Assembly: GCF_009914755.1 (NCBI RefSeq)
Contig: NC_060948.1
Source of the DNA: the human T2T-CHM13v2.0 reference genome, Homo sapiens
DNA: 64,000 nucleotides
Strand: one strand, 5' to 3'
The position numbers and the translations under genes were made by a program. Numbering within the stretch: the first letter of the stretch is position 1; the number at the start of each line of letters is the position of its first letter. This document shows positions 1 through 20,137 of the stretch, one piece after another. The notes below the pieces were generated by a model, which was not told the origin of the DNA, did no database searches, and saw only the letters and a list, made by a program, of their open reading frames with translations.

Positions 1-70
1 TACTTTTGATACATTAAAATTAAGAACAGGTTGGCAAGAAGCTCATTTCTATACACACATCAGCATTTAC

Positions 71-237
71 AGGAATGCATTTCATCTAGTATAGTCAACA
101 TCAGATGACTGAATAAAGACACAATAAGGAGAATGTCATTTGAAGCTTTTCATGGTAACTTAAAAATCATTCTGAAGTTTTCAATAATATAGGAAAGCCT
201 CTGCTGTGAGGTCGAGGGCAACAACTTGGTCGCATTA
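71..237 (-). pseudogene. Candidate pseudo-exon L (possibly terminal) of decayed CMTR-like gene
   Basis: tttaag acceptor, gtaaat donor; reads NATKLLPSTSQQRLSYIIENFRMIFKLP*KASNDILL...; the TGA after FKLP may be the natural stop. Confidence 0.4.
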
Positions 238-522
238 CTTAAAGGTCATTAAAATACATCCTTAATCCTAACATGTGGTTCATTACAAATGAAGTTGCTT
301 TATGTTCAATAAAACTAATTAAATGTAAGTGGTATTGTTTACTGCTACATGAAGCTTTTGAAATATGACATGAAATAAAGCATGTCATGATTTATTGAAT
401 ATTGCTGTGGCCTTGTGGTCTTTAATAAATTTGCTTGAGCATAAAAGCCAGAAACATATTTCTCAGATGTCTATGGTTTCTGAAAACTGCGCCTCCAGAC
501 AGCTATGAAGCAGAAACTGTAC

Positions 523-683
523 CTGGCATTACAGGATCTGCAGCACTATTATTACATGACTCTTACAAATTTTAATTCTCTGACCATATTAGGTGCTCTG
601 ATAATCCAACAGAATTGATAAAGTTTCTTGGCTGCTTCCTCAGCTCTTCAAGATGGGCTCTCAGGTCTCTAAGTTTACTTAAC
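523..683 (-). pseudogene. Candidate pseudo-exon K
   Basis: ccag acceptor, gtacag donor (alternative internal gtaaga); reads LSKLRDLRAHLEELRKQPRNFINSVGLSEHL, then stops and a probable frameshift (second frame MVRELKFVRVM**). Confidence 0.45.
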
Positions 684-780
684 CTGGCTCACACCACGGA
701 CACAGTCTTAAGTGACACAACTGGGGATACACAAAATAGGCTCATGGCCTGATAAACCAAACAGGCTCATGACCTGGACG

Positions 781-1318
781 GTCCATTTGACCCAGAGGCT
801 GCGGGTAATTAGTGTATGGTTAATGTGGCATTTGTAAGCCAGGAACAAGGAGACATAAAGGGTAAACTTCAGAAGTTAGAATGTTTTGAAGGCATGAATA
901 TTACCCAGCTTATCCTGTCCTGGTGGCTACTAAGGTGTTTGTAAATCAGGATGAGGAGGCCAGGAGCAAAGCTAAATGCAGAGCTAAGGAAAAGGCAGAC
1001 TGGCTGGAGACAGCCTTAGTTGGACAAGAAACGGGTTTTGTGAGAAGACATGGTCATGGTCAGAGTAGAGGACAAGCTAGGCAAAACCAAGAAGCTAAGC
1101 CAGGACAAGGGTGCCAACCTAAGCTTGAGAGAGATCAATGTTCAAGATGCACGCAGATGGGACACTGTAAGAACGAATGCCCAGAAAGAGAAAAGGAAAG
1201 AGGCAACAATCAGGGAAAAAACGGCTGGCCAGAACCCACCGCCACTGGTCAAGGGGTTCAGAAGTCAGACATGGATTTAATTGGACTGGCAGGAATCAAT
1301 GATTATTATGAGGACTGA
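781..1318 (+). pseudogene. gag: ERV gag C-terminal fragment (CA end and NC)
   Basis: ORF 923..1318 contains CSRCTQMGHCKNEC (CX2CX4HX4C); ends in TGA in frame with pro. Confidence 0.9.
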
Positions 1319-4300
1319 GATAGACCAGGCTCCATTTCATTAGGCCCGGAGGAGCCTATGGTCTCAATGGAGGTAGGGGGCCAGAAAATGGACTTTATGG
1401 TTGATACTGGTGCAGAGCACTCAGTAGTAACTCAAGCAATTGGTTCACTGTCTAAAAATTATTTCAATATAATTGGAGCTACAGGAATAATAGAAAGAGG
1501 CCTTACTTCAAATCTAAAAGATGTGTGATTGGAGGACAGCAAGTCCAACATGATTTTTTATATTTGCCAAATTGTCTGGTCCTCTGTTAGGAAGATAATT
1601 GCTCCAGAAATTGCAAGCACAAATCTCCTTTACTTGAGAAGGGGAAATGACTCTAAACCTAGGTCAAAGAAGCCATGATAATGACCCTTACCATCCCCAC
1701 AACAGAGGAATGGAGACTCTATGAGAGGTGCAAAATTTGTAAAGATGCATTTTGCCAGCAGGAAAATGAGGCAATGTATAAGGAATTGTTTCTCAACCTG
1801 GCAGGGGTCTGGGTGGAGGACAGTCTCCCAGAGCTAGCCATAAATCAGGCCCCCGTAGTGGTGGAACTGCTGCGAGACACTTACCCAGTGCAAATTCGTC
1901 AGTATTCCATCCCAGTAAAAGCCACCCATGGGATTACAAAGCATATAGTCCGGCTCTTTAAATTTGGGATAATAGAAAGATGTGCCTCTCCTTGGAACAC
2001 TCCATTGTTACTGGTGTTAAAGCCCATAGGAGATTACTGGCTGGCACAGGATTTGCAGGCCATACATAAGGTTGCAGCTACATTATATGCCATTGTGCCC
2101 AACCCATACACAATGCTTGGGTGAATTCCTGCTGATGTTGCTTGGTTTACATGCTTAATGTTTGGATGCATTCTTCTGCATCCAACTGGCTCCTGAAAGC
2201 CAGGGCATCTTTGCCTTTGAGTGGAGCTCATCACAGTATACTTGGACCAAACTCCCCCAAGGATTTAAAAACTCCCCAACCATTTTTGAGGAAGCACTAG
2301 CCTCAGACCTGAAGGCTTTCATGCCACCAAGTGGCCACTGTGTACTGTTGCAGTACATAGATGATTTATGCACCCACAAAAGAAGAGTGCTTTCAAGGCA
2401 CAGAAGCCTCCTTCATGTTCTATGGGAGGCTGGCTATAAGATGTCTAAGGAAAAGGCACAAATCTGTGGCCAAAGAGCAAATTATCTTGGCTTCGACATT
2501 TCTAAAAGGCAGTGTTAAGGGGGGATGTGAGAGAAAAGAGACTGTGCATGGCATTCTTCGACCTGACTCTAGACAACAAGTGAGGGACTTTATAGAGGCA
2601 GCTGGCTTCTGTCACATTTGAATTCCAAATTACTTGTTCTTGGCAAGTGTGAGGCTTGCATTGTGTGAGGCTACCAAAGGGTGGGGTAAAAGAACCCCTC
2701 TGGTAGGGAAAAGAGCAGCACATGGCCTTCAAAGAAATCAGAAAGCCTTGATCCAGTCCCCAGCATTAGGACTGCCAGACATGACAAAGCCTTTTTACCT
2801 GTATGTCCATAAAAGAAAAGGAATAGCTACAGGAGCCTTGGTACAAACACTAGGGTCATGGTATCGGCCCATGACATATTTGCCCAAGTGACTAGACTTC
2901 GTGGCTATGGGATGGCCACTCGGTTTCAAGGCATTGGCAGCCACTGCCCTGTTGGCAGAAAATGCTAACAAGCTCACGTTTGGACAAAGGTTGATAATTC
3001 AGGTACCCCATACAGTCATCACCCTGATGGAGCAGAATGGGCATCGCTGGCTTTCTAACCCTCAGATGTGAAGGACTTTTATGTAAAAACCCCTACATAA
3101 CCTTGGAGACTGTGAATACTGTAAATCCAGCCACACTGCTGCCAAAAGAATAGGCAGAACATGGAAAGCCACCGTTATGTGGCCCAGAGTATCACTGTTG
3201 TGTGGAAACAGTGGATGAAGTTTTCTCAAACTTAAAAGACTTAAAGGAGCTGCCCTTACAAAATCCAGATGTTGAATTCTGATGGAAGCAGCTTCATATC
3301 TGAAGGTGTCAGACCGGCTGGACATGCAGTGGTAACACTGAATTCAGTAGCCGAAGTCTGCCCTCTGACGGTCGGATCTTCGGCCCAAAGAGCTGAGCTA
3401 ATAGTTCTCACTAGAGCTAATACTTCTCACTAGAGCATTGCTCTTGGCCAGAGGAAAATCAGTAAACATCTATAATGACTTAAGGTATGCTTTTGCCACT
3501 TTGCATGCCCATGGAGCCATATATAAGGAAAGAGGATTATTAGCTACTGAAGGAAAGGAAATCAAAAATAAAAAGAAAGTACAGCAGCTCTCAGAAGCCA
3601 TATGGGCTCCAAAAGAAGTAGCAGTCATCCATCGCAAAGGGCATCAAACAGGAGGAGGTGATGAGGCTAGAGGAAACAGAAAGGGGGACAGAGAAGCCAA
3701 AGGAGCTGCAATGACAGAGGTAACTAAGATGGAAGAGGAAACCCTTACCATGCCTTTACTGGAGCTTTCCCTTATGGAACCCCCTAAGTACTCCTTTAAT
3801 GAAAAGGCTTCGTTTGAGCAGGAGAGTGTAAGTTACCAGAAAGGAGGTTGTCAGAAATTCTCAGATGGGAGGTTTACCATACCAGAAGTAATACCCCCCG
3901 GTTCATAAAGCAGTTTCATCACGGAATGCATGTGAGAAAAACTGCATTAGAGACTCTTGCAGGACAGCCTTTCTATGTGCCACGCCTAACTGCCATCACT
4001 AGAGCCATTTGTGAGCAATGTTTAACTTGTGCCCAAAACAATCCACAGCAGGCCAACAAGGCCCCCAGGGATTCAAGAAACTGGAGCTACACCCTGTGAA
4101 AACCTCTTTGTGTACTTTACCAAGCTGCCTCAAGCCAGAGGCTACCGGTATATGCTAGTGTTTGTCTGCAGTTTCTCAGGGTGGGTCGAGACATTTCTCA
4201 CTAGGACAGGGAAAACTCGGGAAGTAACGAAGATCTTATTAAAGGACATTATTCCTAGATTTAGGCTGCCTCTAATTTCAGGATCAGACAGTGGTCCAGC

Positions 4301-4990
4301 ACTTGTGGCAGAGATAGTACAATAGCTAACACAGATGTTAAAAACCAAATGGAATCTGCATATAGCTTATCACCCACAAAATTCTGGAAAAGGTGAAAGA
4401 ATTAACTGGACACTTAAACAGCTGTTAAAGAAGTTTTGCCAAGAAACTCATCTAAGATGGGATCAGGTGCTGCCCATGTTCCTTCTCCAAGTCAGGCGCA
4501 CCCCTACTAAATTAACTGGGTATTCACCCTATGAGATAGTGTTCGGCCAACCACCCCCAATCATAACTCAGTTAAAAGGGGATTTAAAAGAAATTGGGAA
4601 ATTAACCTTAAGAAGATAAATGCAAGCCTTAGGTGAGGACATGCAGGAAACAGAAGGGTGAGTAAGAGAAAGAATACCTCTTAGCCTCAGAGATGCAATA
4701 CATCCCTTCCAACCGACTCTGTCTGCATCAAATGATGGAACCCAGCCATCTTCGAGCCTTTATGGGATGGTCCCCATACTGTGACCTTATCTACCCCCAC
4801 TGCTGTTAAAGTTGCAGGTATCACACCTCGGGTTCATCATAGCCAGCTGAAACCAGCAGTGACCGCAACTCAGGACCAGTGGCCCAGTCAACAAAACCCA
4901 GACCACCTGACATGGATGATCCTGAGGTGAAACTAAGCCACTGCTGACAAGGACAACTGCCCTACGCTGACCACACCAGAGGCTGGTTGG
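1319..4990 (+). pseudogene. pol: ERV pro-pol (PR, RT, RNase H, IN), disrupted
   Basis: FMVDTGAEHS at ~1394-1423; SPWNTPLL; WTKLPQGFKNSP; LQYIDD; VNIYNDLRYAF; HHGMH..CEQC; SDSGPA; split over about 10 ORFs. Confidence 0.92.
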
Positions 4991-5249
4991 TCCACACACG
5001 GCTGAACCTTAAGGAAACATCAAGCCATGCTCTTGTCACACATCCAGAAGCTGGCTAGTCTACGCATGGCCGAAGCCTGAGGAAGTCAACAACACAAAAG
5101 TAAATGTGGATTTAATTTACAAGCATACTGGATTGAATTTACAAGCATAGTTAATACTCGTACCTGTACTGATTATTTTACTGTCATGTTATCTTTGCAA
5201 ATGCTGCCAAGGTTGTTACCCAGAAGGGTGCTCACGCATAGTATAAGTT

Positions 5250-7451
5250 TAATCATGTTAGTAATATTGAAGCCACTGACACTTGCACCTATGGTTACAA
5301 AAGGGGACCAAGATGACTGTCATCACTGCATGATAGAAGCCTGGTCCAGAAAAGGTATGACTAAAACTATGTTTTGCCAGACCTACTATAAGTGTACAGG
5401 GACTCATACAGGAATTTGTGTCTATAACCAGACTAGTTACTCAGTCTGTGATCCCAGAAATGGGCAGCCCCAAGTATATTAAGACCCAGAGTTCGTGCCC
5501 TAGAACTTCTGAAGTCCAAACTGGTGAACCCCTAATGCCATCATATACAAACCCCACAGAAATCAGGGTCAGTAAACCTGTAAACAAAAAAGAAGTATTC
5601 CCTCACTCGCATAAAGGCCCTGTCTCCATATATTTTGATGCCTGCCAAGCTTCACATCTCAGCAAACTAAATAATATTGGGACCATCTGTAAAAATCTAG
5701 GACAAGAAAGAGTCAGCCAGCAGAGCCACCAAGGCCATAACAGAAGAATCCAAAAAGGAGTGCCCTGATTGTGATAATCAGTGGACCACACGTGAATTTA
5801 TCAGCACCTATACACAGGAAGTGTTGCTCTGTTTGCCAGCCAAGAGGTGAAGATAGGGTGCACAACTGGAACTTGCAACCCACTCAATCTGACAATACTA
5901 AAGCCAAATAAGCCTTTCTGGACTGAAAGGCATAAATTTAGGGCTATTAACCTTTGATCAGGCAAGAAATCTCCTAGGACTTGGTATTCCTCTGGTCATT
6001 ACCAGGAAAACCCAAAGGATCCAAGTTCAAGTTAGCCCAATGCAACACTTTAGGTTTTATACATCTTTCAATGAACACTTTAATCCTGAAGTATCAAAAA
6101 ATCAAATTCCTCCTATATCAGCTGAAAACCTGTTTGCTCAGCTAGCTGAAAGTATTGATAACAATTTAGGAGTTACTGTATGTTATATATGTGGAGGTAC
6201 TAATATGGGAGATCAATGGCCCTGGGAAGTTAAAGAATTGATGTCACAAGAAAATTTTACCTTGCCTGATTTTGTTACACAATTCAATGCAAACCAAGCA
6301 TTTGGCTACTAAGGAACCTCATCATTGGAAAATCTTGTTATCACCTGTTGGGACAAGGCCTTTCAGAACCAGGTAGGGGAAGCAACTTGCCTAGGTCAAC
6401 AACATTTTGAAGAATCCGAGAAGAGAACACAATGGAGAAGCTTTACAGACAATTCTTCTGTGTCAGACTTTAATCGCTTTTTGCAGTTCCCAGCACTAAA
6501 TCAATCATGGTACCAATTAGATGCTCCAAGTGTTTGGAGAACACGTGCAGGGTTATATTGGATCTGTGAAACAAAGGCTTATCAATTACTACCCCATAAA
6601 TGGACAGGACCATGTGTATTAGGAACAATAAGGCCATCCTTTTGCCTACTCCCACTGCAGCAAAGGGAAGATCTAAGCTATCTGGTCTATGATGAAGGCA
6701 GAAAAAGAATTAGAAGAACTGTGTTTACAAAAACAAATACTGTGGAAAAAATAGAGACTAACATTAAAAAAGACATTAAAATAGGGAGCTAGAAAGATAA
6801 CGAATGGCCCCCTGAACAAAATTATCAAATACTATGGGCCAGTCACCAGGGCACAAGATGGGTCATTGGGACACTGTATTTCTATTTATATGTTAAACCA
6901 TAACATATAAATAGGTTAAATCATAAGGTTTCAAGCAGTTCTGGAAATTAGTCAATAAAAGAGCCCGAGCCTTAAGACTTGCTAGCCATACAGGTGACCC
7001 AGATGACAGATGTCATTTATCAGAAAAGGTTAGCACTGGATTAATCTTTTAGCTTCAGAAGGAGGAGTTTGTGGAAAACTTAACAAATTGCTGCTTACAA
7101 ATTGATGACAATGGAAAAGTTGTCATGGAAATCACTGCCAGGATGCAAAAGTTAGCTCATGTTCCGGTCCAGAAGTGCTCTTGTTGCAAACTGAATTCAC
7201 TCTTTGGAGGATGGTTTTCACAGTTTAGAGGCTTTAAAACTTTAATAATCGGCTTTGTAGCCATAATAGGTGGATGCCTACTGCTTCCCTGTCTCCTGCC
7301 ACTTCTCATCAGAAGCATCCAATCCACCATAGAAGCAGTAGTAGACAGATACCACCACCCGAATAAAGGCTCTGCAAAGTACCAACTGGTATCCCAGGAT
7401 GAGTATGTACCCACTCAAGAAGAAATAGTTAACAGTGGTGCTCTTTACTAA
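5250..7451 (+). pseudogene. env: ERV env, ERV3-like, disrupted
   Basis: CHHC..W..MTKT..QTYYKCTG..C..NQTSYSVCDP..GQP resembles ERV3 SU; CYICGG; GLYWIC; basic cleavage site RKRIRR; [18 protein letters not shown] immunosuppressive/Cys loop; TM helix. Confidence 0.88.
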
Positions 7452-7484
7452 TCTACATTTGTGCTGAGCACCAAAGGGCAGAAA

Positions 7485-7983
7485 TGAAGAATGAATTAAT
7501 GATATCAACTATAACTTAATAGTAGTAGTGATAGAAATTTTAAAATCCTCTTAAAGTTGCTGCAAAGTGTGAACCTCCTTACACTCAAGTTAAAAGAGAA
7601 AACAGCCTGTCTTCTTTCTGCGGTCAGTGGATCTTATCTATACTCCCCAACTTCACATTCCTACAAGTCCAGTGAGTTCCTGCTTACCTCCCTAGCACTG
7701 CTGCAGGAGCAGAAGATCAAGAAGTTTAGGTTGCAAGTTTAGGTTACAAGTTTTTCTCAAGATGTAACAAATGTCCTAATGCTTGATTAACTGCCTGTGT
7801 TTCTGGCTTCTGTAACTTGCTTCCCAACTCACGTAGCTCCTGACTTAAGATGTTTAAAATGAGGAAAAGTCCTTTGGTCGGGGCTCAGATTTTCTGGACG
7901 TATGTCTGGCTGAGCCGGTGATCATCTTAATAAATTCTCCTGAACATTTTTCATTCTCTCCAGTCTTTGATTGTCCTGCAACA
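7485..7983 (+). mobile_element. 3' LTR of the ERV (HERV1/LTR15-like)
   Basis: Follows purine tract aaagggcagaaa; begins TG, ends CA; AATAAA at 7929-7934. Confidence 0.85.
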
Positions 7984-8514
7984 ATGCCACTCATAAAAAT
8001 AAGAAACCATTCTTGTAATATTGAAGATAATAAAATGTTACTTCCTGTAATCATGGCAAAGAGCATTACTCAGAGTTACAGATAACAGTATGGTAAAATT
8101 GTAACTATTTCATTTAGGTGTAATCTACACGCAAGAAGCTGCACATATTTAAAGTGTAAAATTTGGTTTTGATATTTGTATATGCCTGTGACCACCTCCA
8201 TCTGAAGGTACTAAACATTTCTATTAGTCACAAAGAGTTCCTGTACCCCACTTGCATCCCACGCAACCCTGCACTCTTAACCTTTTTCACTTGCCGATTG
8301 GTTTGTACAGAGTTTTATATTAATGGAACCATACACCAAAACTCTTGGCTTGGTTGGTTTCTTTGGCTTTTTTTTTCCTTTTGGCAATTTCTTTCTAATA
8401 CAGTGCTTTGATTCTACACTTTCTTTTCTACTGCACTAGGCAAAATTAAATCTATTACAAAATTATCCTTTAGTGAGACTTAACTCCCAAGTTGTCTACT
8501 GCCAGTGAACCTAC

Positions 8515-8635
8515 AATTCTTAGAAATTTCTTCAGCAGGAAGACAAAGAGGGTGGGGCTTTTGCGCAAGTGTTACCCCAAACCAAAATCTCCACTCATTT
8601 AAGGATTCATAGTCTTTATTATCCTCCCATTTATC
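8515..8635 (-). pseudogene. Candidate pseudo-exon J
   Basis: ctctccag acceptor, gtaggt donor; 121 nt, stop-free in phase 0: DKWEDNKDYESLNEWRFWFGVTLAQKPHPLCLPAEEISKN. Confidence 0.65.
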
Positions 8636-9290
8636 CTGGAGAGATTACTTGAGGATGCACACAGGAAAGAAAATAACACAAAGAAGAAACATGTAACACT
8701 AAGCCAGAAACAGTAGCACTAATCCAGCAATCAGTTCCAATTACATTAGAAAGTCAATAGGCTGCAAGAATGTCTCCATGATAAAACTTAATTTATCTTA
8801 ATAAATAGTATGAGACTAATAAGTTAATAAGGTAATGCCACAGATTTATTCTGCAACATAAAAAGGCAAGTAGAAAACACTGGGAAAGCAGAGTGAGGAG
8901 GGGAAAGAATTGAGGAGGGAAATGATGACACAAACGCAGGCTGGAGTGAGACATCATTCTGTTCAGATCGTAACATGTAATAATAATAATAATAACCTAC
9001 TTAATCTTAACTCTAAAACAATTATCTAGCCATAAATAGTAAGTGACATGATTCAACTTCCCTCTCCTAGGTCTTTGCACATCAAGTGGAAACTGTAGGA
9101 AACAATATTTTAATAATCACAATACTGTCAATGCAAATTACCTGGATCTTTTCAATTCTAGCTACTGACAAACATTTAAAAGTGGTTAAAATGATAAATG
9201 AACACTGGTGGACAAACAACCTTCTAAACACAAAACAAAGCCTGCAAGTGCATAAAGGAAATTATATATTTTAAGAAGAGAAAACACACA

Positions 9291-9623
9291 GGCTGGGCAC
9301 AGTGGCTCACGCCTGTAATCCCAGCACTTGGGGAAGCCTAGGAGGGGTGGATAATTTGAGGTCAGGAGCTCCATACAAGCCTGGCCAATATAGTGGAAAC
9401 CTGTCCCTACTAAAAATACAAAACAAAACAAAACAAAACAAAATAATAATTAGTCAGTCATGGTGGCACACACCTGTGGTCTCAGCTACTTGGGAGGCTG
9501 AGGCATAAGAATTGCTTAAAGCCAGGAGGTGGAGGTTGAAGTGAGCAGAGATCATGCTACTGCACTCCAGCCTGGGTGACAGACTCAAACTCCATCTCAA
9601 GGAAAAAACAAACAAACAAAAAA
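9291..9623 (+). mobile_element. Alu (full length)
   Basis: ggctgggcacagtggctcacgcctgtaatcccagc, two arms, A-rich tail. Confidence 0.95.
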
Positions 9624-9886
9624 TTTGCAGAGATACACAATTTCTAATATGAGAAGAAAACCCATAACATAGTGCTGAATAAATATTCTACTAGAAAAAA
9701 AAAAAAAATATATAACATTATCCAACCATGTAAGAATGTGGCCAGGGGAAGGTACTATTACAAAGGATTTATACCAAAATGTTCATAATAGCCAGTGCAC
9801 ACTGGCAGGTTATGAGGGTTTTTCTTCCACTTTGTGATTTATGTATTATTTTAAATGCACATATTACTATTAAGAATCAGGAATAA

Positions 9887-10204
<318 letters not shown>

Positions 10205-10253
10205 AACGTCCACCTCTTTTTTAAAGGAATGCCGCCTAAGGAAGGGAAGGGAC

Positions 10254-10372
10254 ATCTAAACTTGGCAGAACGGCAGGTATCCAGGCTCTGCAAGGCAGTC
10301 ACAGGCCGGTGGAGGCTAGTCTTCTCAGCAGGTAGATCCCTGCTGACAAGCAAATTCTCAATACACAAATAC
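10254..10372 (-). pseudogene. Candidate pseudo-exon I (3' end uncertain)
   Basis: aaacag acceptor; frames give GICVLRICLSAGIYLL and EKTSLHRPVTALQSLD (frameshift inferred); donor weak. Confidence 0.45.
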
Positions 10373-10469
10373 CTGTTTGTTTTAGTTTAATTATAATTTG
10401 AAATGTCACATAATTTGTTTCATCCACAAGGAACTTAATATTTCTCAGTAAAAATTAATCAAGGATTTC

Positions 10470-16400
<5,931 letters not shown>

Positions 16401-16482
16401 ACCCCAGCACCATTCTCAGATAAGGAGGTGCTGTTCCCTGACATATGACTTCACGATTTAACAGCTGCCTGGTTTTCCTTAC

Positions 16483-16549
16483 CCCCAGGGAAGCAGGTAA
16501 AAGGCAACTGTCAACAGGGAAGAGTCAATGCCAAGCCCAGCATCTCCAT
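16483..16549 (-). pseudogene. Candidate pseudo-exon H
   Basis: gagcag acceptor, gtaagg donor; reads DGDAGLGIDSSLLTVAFYLLP. Confidence 0.6.
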
Positions 16550-16718
16550 CTGCTCAGTAGAATCTTATTTCCTTCATTCACTGACCATACAGAAATGTAA
16601 AATGTCATAACTCTGAAAATATAAATTATGCATAGTATCCTACATAATTTAAATAAACAATCACAGAGCATTTGGAATTAAAAACCCGTGAAAACAAATC
16701 ATCTGAGTAGCACCTCAC

Positions 16719-16814
16719 TGCCTGGCTTTGACCAACAAGCCTGACTAGATCAGCAGACTTTGAACAATTTTCAAACAGAACTTCTGACTTGAAGACTAAT
16801 GGAGCTTATGTGAC
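16719..16814 (-). pseudogene. Candidate pseudo-exon G (acceptor mutated)
   Basis: Long polypyrimidine tract ending ctgtat (AG lost), gtgagg donor; 96 nt phase 0-0: VT*APLVFKSEVLFENCSKSADLVRLVGQSQA. Confidence 0.55.
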
Positions 16815-17015
16815 ATACAGAGAGAAAAGAGAAGAAAGAAAAACATTTCTATGTTCCTGAGAAAGAAAAAATTAAAAACAGAATATTCATTTGCAAATAT
16901 CTGGTTTTACTGATTTGAAATTCTACACTTGCAGACATGTAACTTCAAGTTGGCAAGCATCAATACGAAATGGCAAAAGGGAGGGCAAACAGTCAAATTA
17001 GAAATAAAAATTTCT

Positions 17016-17308
17016 GGCCGGGTGTAGTGGCTCATATCTGTAATCTCAGTACTTTGGGAGATGAAGGTGAGAGGATTGCTTGAGGCCAGGAGTTCAGGAC
17101 CAACATGGGCAATACCACAAGACCCCATCTCTACAAAAAACCTTAAAAATTAGCTTGGCGTGGTGTGCACCTGTACTATCTACTCAAGAGGCTGTGGAGA
17201 CAGCATCACTTGAGTCCGGGAGTTTGAGGCTGCAGTGAGCTATGACCATATCACTATATTCCAGTCCAGGTAACAGTGACAATCTGTCTCTTAAAAAATA
17301 AAATAAAT
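17016..17308 (+). mobile_element. AluJ-like
   Basis: Diverged dimeric Alu with tail, followed by a GA-rich tract. Confidence 0.9.
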
Positions 17309-17644
17309 TGAAAAAGAAAAGGGACATTAAGAAGAGCAGGAGGTGAAATAGAGGGAGAGAGAGGGCCAGGAGAGGGAGGAAGAGGAGGAAGAAGAGGAGA
17401 AAGAGGAGAAGAAAGAAAACCTAAATTCGAGGAAACTCCAGAATTACCTAAAACTGAATAATGTGCTAAGCTATCACAGAAACTATTTTGGCATAATTCT
17501 GAATGAACCTACATAAGGAATAAAGAAATTGCAAAACAAATTCTCAATGCATTAAATAAATTAGCTGGTCTAAACAGAAACAGATGTGAAACCTGGAAAC
17601 TACTATTAAAAATAAAAGAATGCAGTAGTCTCGATGCTGCTCAC

Positions 17645-17723
17645 CCCCAGAGCCAGCAGCCATTGCATGCAGCTCTTTGCCACTTTCAGCTTCCACTAAG
17701 TTTCACCATCTAGTTTATCAGTT
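17645..17723 (-). pseudogene. Candidate pseudo-exon F
   Basis: ttttattag acceptor, gtgagc donor; 79 nt phase 2-0: TDKLDGET*WKLKVAKSCMQWLLALG. Confidence 0.7.
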
Positions 17724-17871
17724 CTAATAAAACATGAACCTTGGAAGTAGGGAACAAAAATTTACCACTCTTGAATTGTGTTAGAGAAGGTTTTTCCTGA
17801 GCTACAGGTGCTATTAAAGCATAATTCCAAGGCACAGTGGGACAAAGAAATAACAATCTAGATATTCCCAC

Positions 17872-17933
17872 GAACAAAACTCCTTAAAAACCTTTTTTTT
17901 ACACAATCTTCCTTGATTCACAGAACGAGTCTG
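17872..17933 (-). pseudogene. Candidate pseudo-exon E
   Basis: cttttcag acceptor, gtggga donor; 62 nt phase 0-2, joins F in frame: QTRSVNQGRLCKKKVFKEFC(S). Confidence 0.65.
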
Positions 17934-18061
17934 CTGAAAAGATGTAGGTCATTTAATTTTTTTTAGTTAATCATTTATTTTCTATTTTCTGTTCTTGCCT
18001 ATCAAGGTTTAACATTAATCAGTCTATTTTACAAAAACTAGAGTGATTGTTGCTACTTTCA

Positions 18062-18394
<333 letters not shown>

Positions 18395-18869
18395 TCAGAT
18401 TTACCATCAATCATCATAAAAAAAAGTTCAATCATAAAACGACAGCTATAATACTAAGATCCAGGTGTTTTTACCATATGCTCACAGGCCTATTTAGTTT
18501 CAAACATGGAAAAATATTCTATTACAAAAATCCATTGCTCTTTGACCATGCCATCATCCTACTTCTCAGAATCTATTCTAATAACGGAAGAGCAAAAGCA
18601 AAAGATGACACACAAGACTGCTTCTTGCAGGATTATTTATAACAACAGAAGATTTTTGTGAAACAAAGGGGGAACAAACAGTACTAGCTGAATGAAGCAG
18701 AGCAAATGCAGCAGTAAAGACAGAGAAAGGAAGAAAGGACAGCAAACATGATGACCTCAAGGTATTGTTATGGAAATATCTCAAGGATATAGACAGTGAA
18801 ATGGAGATTGCAAGGTGCAGCACATATATGTAGAAAATACATTATAGTTAAGAACAAGGGAAGGAGAAA

Positions 18870-19300
18870 ATTTGTGTATGTTCATACATATCCGTATGCA
18901 TGTATAACTTTGTATATGTGCATGTTCATCAGTGTATGGATATGCATCCGTGTATTTGTGTGTGCATATTCAGCGTGTGCATGAGTGTCTAATCTGCATT
19001 GTGTGATGTGTGTGTGCAAGCATATCTGTATGTGCACATGCACATGTATGTTTGTGTACATGGGAATCTGTGTGTGTATAACTGTGCATACGAGCACCTG
19101 AGGATCTGTTCGTGTGTGTGCATATTGGTGTGTGAACATTTATGTGTGGATGAAAGTGTGCCTGCTTATCCGTGCATGCATCTGTGTATGTTAGGGCATG
19201 CAAATCTGTTCCTATTTGTGCCTGTGAGTGCATCTGTGTGTCTGCAAGTGCTTCTGTGTGTGTCCACATATATCTGTCCAGACATGTATGTGTGCGTAAT
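18870..19300. repeat. Degenerate (TG/CA)n purine-pyrimidine alternating tract
   Basis: tgtg/tatg/tgca-rich low complexity. Confidence 0.9.
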
Positions 19301-19337
19301 ACCTACAGAGGGAGGAAGGGGACAGGAACAGATGCTA

Positions 19338-19705
<368 letters not shown>

Positions 19706-19828
19706 TTCATATAATTAAAAAGTCAATTACACCAAACTTTTTAAACTCCTAAAAAATAAAAAGCAGCATATATTATTTGGAGGTTAATCAAAGAGAAAAT
19801 TTATCCAAGTGACTTTTGAGGTTTCAGA

Positions 19829-20137
19829 GTTTTTTTTTTTTTTTTTTTCCTTTTTTAGGGCCCCTTCTGTCACTCAGGTTGGAGTGCAGTAGAGTGATCG
19901 TGGCTCACTTTAACCTCAACTTCCTGGGCTCAAGCAATTCACTTGCCTTAACCTCTTAAGTAGTTGGAACTATAGGTATGTGTCACAATGCCTGGCTAAT
20001 TATTTTCAATTTTTGAACAAATGGGGTCTCGCTATGTTGCCCAGGCTGGTCTCAAACTTTTGGACTCAACCAGTCCTCCCACTTCAGTCTCCCCAAGTAC
20101 TGGGATTACAGGTATAAGCCATGCTTGGCACCCAGCC
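19829..20137 (-). mobile_element. AluJ-like
   Basis: poly-T plus antisense Alu. Confidence 0.9.

Larger units (their letters stand above)
781..7983 (+). mobile_element. 5'-truncated class I endogenous retrovirus (HERV-ERI group, ERV3/HERV1/HERV15-like): partial gag, pro, pol, env and 3' LTR; defective
   Basis: Collinear gag CA end (PFDPE), CCHC knuckle, protease DTG, RT LPQG/YIDD, RNase H, integrase HHCC and SDSG, ERV3-like env, PPT and TG..CA LTR; many stops and frameshifts. Confidence 0.93.
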
